The translations under genes were made by a program, and so were the position numbers. From a virus: DNA of 64,000 nt. Position 1 is the first letter of the stretch. Each line of letters starts with the position of its first letter. The notes under the pieces are model-generated. The model was not told the origin of the DNA and searched no databases. It saw only the letters and a program-made list of their open reading frames with translations. Positions 57,163-64,000 of the stretch are shown piece after piece. The stretch covers positions 1 to 64,000 of the IMG/VR virus record IMGVR_UViG_3300031565_014867. One strand, given 5' to 3'.

Positions 57163-58062
57163 ATGCAGGACAAAGCGGCGGACATTCCGATCGACCAAAT
57201 CACCGAGCCGAGAACCGTGCTGCGCCTTGTGGATAAGGACTCGGTGGAGTACCTCGAAATGCGCGACTCGATTGCCGCCGAGGGCTTTTGGAACTCGATC
57301 TCGGTCCGTCCGGCGAAGGACGACGGCAAGTACGAGATCATCGACGGTCTATACCGCTATACCTGCGCACGCGAGTTGAGTCTGCAGTCGATCCCCTGCA
57401 TCATCAAGTACAAACTCTCGGATGATGCGGTGCTTGCCGCACAGATTCAAGCAAATGCCATTCGGCCGGAGACGAAGCCGGTGGAGTTCGCCCGGCAAAT
57501 GAAGCGGATGTTGACCCGTCGTCCCGAGATGACGTTCGACGAATTGGCCCACCTGATCCACAAGTCGCCAAGCTGGGTGCGGAAGACCCTTGGGTTGCTC
57601 CGGCTCGTCCGCAAATCGCGGAAGATGGTCGATCGGGGTGAAATTGCGATCCAATCTGCCTACATGCTGGCCAAGATTCCGCATCACCTTCAAGCGGGCT
57701 ACCTCGACCCGGCTCGGACACTGCCAAGCCGGGAGTTTCGAGCGCTGGCGGCCAGTGTCATCAAACAGTACACCGAGGCGGTTAAGCAAGGGAGGATGAA
57801 AGCGTTTTGGTGTGGCGAGTTCCGGCCGCAGGCCCACCTCCGTTCGTTACGCGACATCCAATCGGAAACGCAACGGCAGGAAGTGGGCGCGTTGCTCGTC
57901 ACGGCAGAGCAATGCAAAACGCCCGTGGACGGATTCTACGCCGCCTTGCGCTGGGCCATGCACTTGGATCGTCAGAGCGTCGAGGACCAAGAGCGATCCG
58001 CCCTCGCCCGTTTACGACAATCACTGCCCGAAGAAAGTGAGGTGCAACATGTGACCGACTAG
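57163..58062 (+). CDS. ParB/Spo0J-like protein with HTH
   Basis: SI...G....I.VR, YEIIDGLYRY, N..R....PVE.A, ELA..IHKS.SWV...L.LL.L. Confidence 0.85.
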   Translation: MQDKAADIPIDQITEPRTVLRLVDKDSVEYLEMRDSIAAEGFWNSISVRPAKDDGKYEIIDGLYRYTCARELSLQSIPCIIKYKLSDDAVLAAQIQANAIRPETKPVEFARQMKRMLTRRPEMTFDELAHLIHKSPSWVRKTLGLLRLVRKSRKMVDRGEIAIQSAYMLAKIPHHLQAGYLDPARTLPSREFRALAASVIKQYTEAVKQGRMKAFWCGEFRPQAHLRSLRDIQSETQRQEVGALLVTAEQCKTPVDGFYAALRWAMHLDRQSVEDQERSALARLRQSLPEESEVQHVTD

Positions 58063-58133
58063 CCGCTGCCCGCCCGCCAACTCCTCCCTCCTCATCTTTT
58101 CCCACCCCATCCTCTCTTCTTTAGGACCATGCT

Positions 58134-58862
58134 ATGTCCACATCTACCGATCTGGTTCCCGTCGACATGACCCAGTTGCCTTCCACGCAGGTCGGCAGCG
58201 ACGAAACCTTCAACGAGTTGGCCAAGAGCGGCGACTTCCTCGGCCGTTTGCAACTCTTCACCAAGGGCAAGGCGATCGACAAGGGCCTGATCCGGCCCGG
58301 CCATTACGGCATCCCCGAGTCGGGTGACGAGATCGTCGATCTGGGCGACACGATCGATGTCGTCCCGCTGGCACGTCGGCCGAAGGCGATCGACATGAAC
58401 GACAAGGAAGCCATCATCGTCTGCCACGACCACGAGTCGGACGAGTTCAAGCGGATCGCGGCGCAGTCGCTCGAAAAGGAGTCGCACTGCATGTACGGCC
58501 CCAGCTTCCTCGTCTTCGAGCGGTCCAGCGGCCGGCTGCTGGAGTTCTTCTGTGGCTCGAAGAGCACACGTGGCGAAGCGAAGAAGATATACCCGTACCT
58601 GCCGCTCACCGAGGCCGACATCGCGGCCCGCGAGCTGTCCGGCGCGGAGCCGCACGGCCCGTTGCCGCTCACACTCAAGAGCCGGTTGGTTGAGAAGGGC
58701 ACGTATTCGTGGCACGTTCCGGTCGTGGTGAAGTGCTCGACGCCGTTCACGAACCTGCCGTCGATGGCGGCCATCGTGCGGGAGATCGAGAAGTTCGTCA
58801 ACGTCAAGGACGACGGCGTGGAGAAGGTCTCCGAGGAACAGGCGAATCGACGCGCCCGCTGA
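58134..58862 (+). CDS. Putative phage ssDNA-binding or recombination protein
   Basis: 242 aa in the replication arm; RLQL, RPKA and YSWHVP beta-rich pattern; inferred largely from position. Confidence 0.45.
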   Translation: MSTSTDLVPVDMTQLPSTQVGSDETFNELAKSGDFLGRLQLFTKGKAIDKGLIRPGHYGIPESGDEIVDLGDTIDVVPLARRPKAIDMNDKEAIIVCHDHESDEFKRIAAQSLEKESHCMYGPSFLVFERSSGRLLEFFCGSKSTRGEAKKIYPYLPLTEADIAARELSGAEPHGPLPLTLKSRLVEKGTYSWHVPVVVKCSTPFTNLPSMAAIVREIEKFVNVKDDGVEKVSEEQANRRAR

Positions 58863-58921
58863 TCGGATGCGTCGGGACCGGACTTCTCTGCATTTCCCAC
58901 ACGCTTTCCTGGAGCCACGCT

Positions 58922-59128
58922 ATGAAAGCCGTTACCGCTACGTTTCTGTCAGTCATACTGGTCGTCTCTTTCGGCTGTGAATTCTCGCAGTCGCCAGCCG
59001 TTCACCCCACATCTCCGCTGCAACGTAGCGACAACATGGATGTGAATCCCGACGAAACGGATTCTCCATTCCAACTGCTCGAAGGCTACCAGGTTCGTCC
59101 GGCCCGGAAGCGAGACCAGACGGCGTAG
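58922..59128 (+). CDS. Small putative lipoprotein
   Basis: MKAVTATFLSVILVVSFGC signal and lipobox; GGAG SD. Confidence 0.5.
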   Translation: MKAVTATFLSVILVVSFGCEFSQSPAVHPTSPLQRSDNMDVNPDETDSPFQLLEGYQVRPARKRDQTA

Positions 59129-59153
59129 TCGCTGATGCTGGGAGTTTCTCAGC

Positions 59154-59205
59154 AGACCCCGTTGCCGAATGGGGCACGCGCGGGTTCGATTCCCGCACGG
59201 GGTCT
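59154..59205 (+). ncRNA. Miniature tRNA-like element (acceptor-like stem and T-arm, no anticodon arm)
   Basis: AGACCCCGT/ACGGGGTCT 9-bp stem; GCGGG-TTCGATT-CCCGC T-arm; one short TGCC/GGCA hairpin between them. Confidence 0.55.
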
Positions 59206-59260
59206 TTTCCTACCCTCCCCCTATCCCACCTATCGCGTTCTGCGAACAACCGAGTTTTCC

Positions 59261-59788
59261 ATGCAACCCGACGCCGTGCTGATTCAGCGGCCGGCAGTCG
59301 ACTTCACGACGTTTTTGGGCCTGAGCCACCAGATGCTCGGCTACAGCCCGGCGCGTGCGGTCGACGCCTGCCCTCGTGAACTGACCGATGCCGAACGATT
59401 CCTTTCGTGTCTTGCCGCGCTGCGTGATCCGGATGCACCGGTCGGGCTGACTCCCAATCTCCTGGCGCACGTCTCATTCAGCGTGTTCGTTGCAGCCGAC
59501 GAACGGGACTTGCTCGACGTTCTCGAAGCGGCGTCGGGTATGTCGTTCGTCACGACGGAGACGCTCGCCCGCGGCGTTCAGGTAGCTGTCATCACCGGCA
59601 CGCTCGGCCAATGGCGCGATGCGGTCCGGTCCGGCACGAAGCAGACGGCCGAACCGACCGTTCGGGCCTGCTACTGCAAGATTCTCGTCCTGTTCGAGCA
59701 GGCCGGTCTCGGCCACGTCTGGGCCGACTGCGAAAAGCGTCCCGCCCCGAACCAACTCTTCTACCTCGAAGACAAGAGAAATCGATGA
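59261..59788 (+). CDS. Degenerate ThyX-like protein
   Basis: AHVSFSVF, VITGTLGQWR and E.TVR....KI...F resemble ThyX segments; the RHR-x7-S motif is absent. Confidence 0.45.
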   Translation: MQPDAVLIQRPAVDFTTFLGLSHQMLGYSPARAVDACPRELTDAERFLSCLAALRDPDAPVGLTPNLLAHVSFSVFVAADERDLLDVLEAASGMSFVTTETLARGVQVAVITGTLGQWRDAVRSGTKQTAEPTVRACYCKILVLFEQAGLGHVWADCEKRPAPNQLFYLEDKRNR

Positions 59789-61767
59789 TCGCCACGCCCC
59801 AAGACATCTCCACCAAGCTCGTTACGGAAACGGCCAAGGGCACTCTCATCAAGGTTCCCGTGACACTTCGCTACGTCGCCGGTCGGATCGAGTTCGTCAA
59901 GTCGCCGTTCGCGCTCAAGTCAGAGATCAAGGCGATGGCCGGTTCGCGGTGGCACGGCTACATCGAAGGGGACAAGCGGAAGATATGGTCGGTGGCGGAC
60001 TGTCCACGCAACCGGTTTCAACTCGGCTATCTCCAGGGTGAGAACGTCTACGAGTGGTTCGATCGTGAGCTTGTACGGCACCAGTACCGGCGTCCGCTCA
60101 TGCCGCATCAACGCGATATGGCCAACGCCGGACTGACGTATCACTTTCAAATCTGGGCAGCGGAAATGGGCACCGGCAAGACCCTCTCAGCCCAAGAAGT
60201 GATGGAACGCTCAGGGGCGGACTGCTGGTACTGGATCGGTCCCAAAACAAGTCTGCCCAACATCCGGCGCGAGTTCCGCAAGTGGAGCATGGACCCGATG
60301 GTCCGCGTCGAGATGATGACCTACGAGGCGCTCGTCCGCAAGGTCGACGACTGGAAGTCCGACGACGAGTTGCCGCGCGGCGTGATCTTCGACGAGTCGA
60401 GCAAACTCAAGACGCCCACTTCGCAACGCTCGAAGGCCGCCCAACGCCTGGCCGACATGATCCGTGCCGAGTATGGCTTCGACGGCTATGTGATCCTCAT
60501 GTCTGGCACGCCGTCACCCAAATCACCCATCGACTGGTGGTCGCAAGCCGAGATCGCCTGGCCCGGATTCCTGCGCGAAGGTTCGGTCAAGGCTCTGGAA
60601 CAACGGCTGGCGTTCATGGCCGATAAGCAGTTCGACGCAGGGGTCTTCAAGAAACGGGTTGGCTGGAAGGACGACGACTCCAAGTGTGATGTCTGCGGTG
60701 AGACCGAGCTTGAGGGGCCGCACGAACTTGACGGCATCACCGATCCCGACGACTACCACCGGTTCGAGCCGAGCAAAAACGAAGTCGCGTTCATGTACGA
60801 GCGACTCTCGGGGCTCGTCATTATCAAGCACAAGAAAGACTGTCTCAGTCTGCCCGAGAAAAGCTATCGCAAGATCGTCTGCAAACCGACTACCAGCACC
60901 TTGCGGGTCGCCCAGGCCATCGCCTCGTCTGCGCCGAACGCCGTGACTGGCATGACACTCTTGCGGGAATTGAGCGATGGCTTCCAGTACCGCGAGGTCA
61001 AGGACGGCAAGACGAAGTGCCCACACTGTCCCGAGAGTTGTGGCACGGTCCACGAATGGTTCGATCCCGACGACGACGATCGCACGTTCCGCGCCATCGA
61101 CATGCTCGACGAGGCGCTTGTCGCTCGACTGGAGAAGCGGGAAGTGGCCTGCCCGCGGTGCGGCGGATCGGGCGAGGTCGACAAGATGAAGCGGATCGTC
61201 CGCGAGGTGCCATGCCCGAAAACCAAGGCTCTCAAGGCCCTGCTCGAAGAGAACGAAGAGGTCGGCCGTATCGTGATCTTCGCCGGCTTCACCGGGTCGG
61301 TCGATCGCGTGACCGGCATCTGCCACAAAGAGGGCTGGGATGTCGTTCGCTGCGACGGTCGTGGCTTCCAGGTCACCAAACACGACGGCCAGGTCATTAC
61401 TGACGTGGACCCGCTCGACTACTGGGCCGACGCGGAGAACAACCCGCGAGTCGCCTTCGTCGCCCATCCCGAATCGGGTGGCATGTCGCTCACGCTGGTC
61501 GAGGCCCGCACAGCGGTCTACTGGTCAAACAGCTTCAAACCCGAGTACCGCGCCCAGTCCGAGGACCGCATTCACCGCAAGGGGATGGACGAGAACCTTG
61601 GCTGCACGATCGTCGACCTGGTCCACCTGCCGACCGATGAACGTGTGCTCGAAGTCATCCGTGAAAACAGACGCCTCGAAAAGATGACGATGGGCGACTT
61701 CAGCGACGCCCTGACTGAAGACGCAGCCGACGAGTCGGAGGCGATGGAGGTGGTTGATGCTTGTTGA
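59785..61767 (+). CDS. SNF2-like SF2 helicase with zinc-finger insertions
   Basis: AEMGTGKT, IFDESS, MSGTP, GGMSLTL, QSEDRIHRKG; CDVC, CPHC and CPRC. Confidence 0.9.
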   Translation: MIATPQDISTKLVTETAKGTLIKVPVTLRYVAGRIEFVKSPFALKSEIKAMAGSRWHGYIEGDKRKIWSVADCPRNRFQLGYLQGENVYEWFDRELVRHQYRRPLMPHQRDMANAGLTYHFQIWAAEMGTGKTLSAQEVMERSGADCWYWIGPKTSLPNIRREFRKWSMDPMVRVEMMTYEALVRKVDDWKSDDELPRGVIFDESSKLKTPTSQRSKAAQRLADMIRAEYGFDGYVILMSGTPSPKSPIDWWSQAEIAWPGFLREGSVKALEQRLAFMADKQFDAGVFKKRVGWKDDDSKCDVCGETELEGPHELDGITDPDDYHRFEPSKNEVAFMYERLSGLVIIKHKKDCLSLPEKSYRKIVCKPTTSTLRVAQAIASSAPNAVTGMTLLRELSDGFQYREVKDGKTKCPHCPESCGTVHEWFDPDDDDRTFRAIDMLDEALVARLEKREVACPRCGGSGEVDKMKRIVREVPCPKTKALKALLEENEEVGRIVIFAGFTGSVDRVTGICHKEGWDVVRCDGRGFQVTKHDGQVITDVDPLDYWADAENNPRVAFVAHPESGGMSLTLVEARTAVYWSNSFKPEYRAQSEDRIHRKGMDENLGCTIVDLVHLPTDERVLEVIRENRRLEKMTMGDFSDALTEDAADESEAMEVVDAC

Positions 61768-62584
61768 CCGAATCCTCCACGGCGACTGCCTCGACATCAT
61801 GCCGACGATCCCCGACGCGAGCGTCGACATGGTGCTGGCCGATCTGCCCTACGGTGTGACGCAGAACCAGTGGGATCAAGTCATCCCGTTCAACCGGCTG
61901 TGGGACGAGTACCGCCGCGTGACGAAGTCCAATGCGGCGATCGTGCTCACGGCCACCCAACCGTTTGCCGCGCAGTTGATCGCCTCGAACCGGAAGATGT
62001 TCCGCTATGACCTGATTTGGCGGAAGAACAAATCGACCGGATTCTTGAACGCCAACCGGATGCCGCTTCGGCAGCACGAATCGATCCTCGTTTTCTATCG
62101 CCGACTGCCGGTCTACCATCCGCAGAAGTCGCACGGCCACGCCCCGGTCCATTCGTTCACAAAGCACACGAGCGACGGGACCAACTACGGGCAGACGAAG
62201 CGAGGCGTGCAAGGCGGCGGCCAGACCGATCGACATCCTACTTCGGTGATCGACATTCCCGTGGTCAACAACGACTCGAACGGGAAGAGTCATCCCAACC
62301 AGAAGCCGGTCGCGCTTTTCGAGTACCTGATTCGGACATTCACCGCTGAAAACGCCATCGTCCTCGACAACTGTATCGGCAGCGGCACGACCGCCATCGC
62401 CTGCCTCAACACGGGCAGACACTTCATCGGCATCGAGCAGGACGCCGAGTTCTGCAGGCTCGCGAATGAACGAGTCGCCCAGCATCAACCCTCCGAACTG
62501 CAAATCACATGCCCGACCAAACCCCAACGCCACCGCAAATGCCCTCGATTCCCGATCGGGCATGGAACCTTGCCAAAGCCTTGA
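61757..62584 (+). CDS. Orphan N6/N4 DNA methyltransferase (beta class)
   Basis: GDCL, ADLPYG, HPNQKPV.L, VLDNCIGSGTT, FIGIE. Confidence 0.92.
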   Translation: MLVDRILHGDCLDIMPTIPDASVDMVLADLPYGVTQNQWDQVIPFNRLWDEYRRVTKSNAAIVLTATQPFAAQLIASNRKMFRYDLIWRKNKSTGFLNANRMPLRQHESILVFYRRLPVYHPQKSHGHAPVHSFTKHTSDGTNYGQTKRGVQGGGQTDRHPTSVIDIPVVNNDSNGKSHPNQKPVALFEYLIRTFTAENAIVLDNCIGSGTTAIACLNTGRHFIGIEQDAEFCRLANERVAQHQPSELQITCPTKPQRHRKCPRFPIGHGTLPKP

Positions 62585-62766
62585 CGGCCTTCGCCGCTGA
62601 TGGTTGCCGGACCGTGCCCAGAACGACCTACCGTATCCGCCTTCAGACCTGCGCGTCGTGCCCACGACGAAATGACAACTGGTGCCTGGAGTGCGGTTGC
62701 TTCTTGCCCGTCAAGGCCAAGGGGCGGGCTTGGCAATGTCCGCTCGACAAGTGGCCCGCAGCTTGA
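62509..62766 (+). CDS. Small Cys-rich protein
   Basis: R...C..CP......C..CGC.L..K......CP..KW; start may be 62539. Confidence 0.6.
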   Translation: MPDQTPTPPQMPSIPDRAWNLAKALTAFAADGCRTVPRTTYRIRLQTCASCPRRNDNWCLECGCFLPVKAKGRAWQCPLDKWPAA

Positions 62767-62806
62767 GCGGTCCACACATTGAACACGACCTACGTGGAGA
62801 TACCCC

Positions 62807-64000
62807 ATGCCTCGATTGAAAACGGAGAAGGTCCGGCGCATCAAGGCCGACTTGTGCAAACCCGGTGCAACGCAGCCCCAGGTGGCGAAAAAGCATCGGG
62901 TCAGTCGGTCGGCCGTCTCCGACATCGCTACCGAACGTACTCACAAGGACGTCCCCTGGCCTGATGGTGGTCCGCCGAAAAAGCGATCCGGCGGACAGCG
63001 GAAGCCGATCACCGACTACGATCCGACCAACGCCCGCATCCTGGAACTCGAAGCCGACATCGCGCACCTCACCGAAGAGCGCAATCGGGAACGACGCAAA
63101 GCCAAAGCCGGGGCTCGGGATCGGGGCTTGTTCAACGCGATGGCCGACGTACTGTCCGAGAAGATCGTTGCCGTCAAGCCGCTGCCCAAGGTGCGCCGGG
63201 ATGTTGGTAAAAAGGGCAAGGTCATCGAAGAGCACTGCGTGATGCACATTTCCGACGGCCATCACGACCAGATCGTCCGGCCCGAGGAGTGTGGCGGCCT
63301 TGAGCAGTATGACTTCCCCATCTCCTGTTGTCGGGCGGAGCGGTACGTCGATCGGGTCATCCACTGGACTCAACAGACGCTCCATCCACAGTTCTGCTTC
63401 ACGCATCTATGGGTACTCGCCTATGGGGATCACACATCGGGCGAGATTCACGGTCACACGCAACGGTCCTACTTTCGCAACCAATTCAAGAACGTCATGG
63501 CGATCGGCAAGCTGCACGCCCTGATGTATCGCGACCTGGCCCCGCACTTCGACCAGGTCAACGTCGTCTACGTGCCGGGCAACCACGGTCGGCGATCGAA
63601 GAAGAAAGACTATCATGGGGCGCACGACAACTGGGATTACCTCATTGCCGAGTTGGCCCGCCTCTACTGCGCCGACGTCGCCAACGTCGAATTCGTGATT
63701 CCCGATGCCTTTAGTGTGAATCTCGACATCGGCGGCGTCGGCTTCAATATCTCACACGGCGACGATGTGCGCGGATCGTTGGGAATCCCGTACTACGGCT
63801 TGCAGCGTCGCCAGCGGAGCCTCACGGCGTTGGGACACACGCAGGACGGTCCCCGCACTCGTTACTTCTGCTGCGGCCATTTTCACAAGCCCGGCATCGT
63901 CGGCGACATGGACGGCGAAATGTTGGTGAACGGCCCGTGGGTGGCGACCGACGCCTACTCCTTCAATGCCTTCGCCGGCTACACCGAGCCAAGCCAATGG
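62807..64000 (+). CDS. HTH plus calcineurin-like metallophosphoesterase; partial and absent from the ORF track
   Basis: Read manually from ATG 62807 (GGAG SD): MPRLKTEKVRRIK..., HISDGHH, YGDH, PGNHG, SHGD, CGHFH; open to the window end. Confidence 0.85.
   Translation, partial: MPRLKTEKVRRIKADLCKPGATQPQVAKKHRVSRSAVSDIATERTHKDVPWPDGGPPKKRSGGQRKPITDYDPTNARILELEADIAHLTEERNRERRKAKAGARDRGLFNAMADVLSEKIVAVKPLPKVRRDVGKKGKVIEEHCVMHISDGHHDQIVRPEECGGLEQYDFPISCCRAERYVDRVIHWTQQTLHPQFCFTHLWVLAYGDHTSGEIHGHTQRSYFRNQFKNVMAIGKLHALMYRDLAPHFDQVNVVYVPGNHGRRSKKKDYHGAHDNWDYLIAELARLYCADVANVEFVIPDAFSVNLDIGGVGFNISHGDDVRGSLGIPYYGLQRRQRSLTALGHTQDGPRTRYFCCGHFHKPGIVGDMDGEMLVNGPWVATDAYSFNAFAGYTEPSQW

Larger units (their letters stand above)
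2222..64000. mobile_element. Tailed (siphovirus-like) phage or prophage genome; boundaries not resolved, continues beyond the window
   Basis: Terminase, portal, capsid, tail and tape-measure genes plus primase-helicase, HNH, methyltransferase and ArdA; no host housekeeping genes inside. Confidence 0.9.

Noticed and set aside
59154-59205. Canonical tRNA gene or att site
   Set aside because: No anticodon arm, only 52 nt, and no second copy in the window
61757-62584. Restriction-modification system
   Set aside because: No adjacent restriction endonuclease; orphan methyltransferases are common in phages

Overview
Nearly the whole window (about 2.2-64 kb) is one GC-rich, siphovirus-like tailed phage or prophage genome. 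Neither end nor an att site can be shown here. From left to right: a UvrD-like helicase gene (1-1947, +) converges on a long minus-strand virion operon (2222-32451) holding tail tip genes, three tandem LamG-like paralogs, tape measure, a frameshifting tail chaperone, major tail, a GIY-YIG homing endonuclease, P22-like coat, scaffold, a beta-propeller/connector fusion, portal, GpA terminase, a thioredoxin/cysteine-peptidase envelope cassette and TerS. Next come a small serine recombinase and a compositionally distinct two-gene cassette (33733-40156), the best candidate for an undescribed system: a 1602-aa STAS-like/HATPase/PRTase/PRTase/HATPase protein coupled to a receiver-HD-hydrolase protein. 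After that are an AT-rich inverted repeat, two minus-strand operons of small acidic proteins including ArdA (each preceded by a copy of a duplicated ~900-bp regulatory module), and divergent replication and nucleotide-metabolism arms: DEDDh exonuclease, dNMP kinase, HNH, primase-helicase on one side; ParB-like, SSB-like, a mini tRNA-like element, ThyX-like, SNF2 helicase, DNA methyltransferase and a metallophosphoesterase on the other. Further signals read directly from the sequence are a 42-46-bp promoter-like motif present three times and a shared LYLS-x4-TCY-x-N leader on capsid and scaffold. All protein calls come from motifs read by eye; no database searches were run. Several starts were moved from the ORF track to better-supported start codons.
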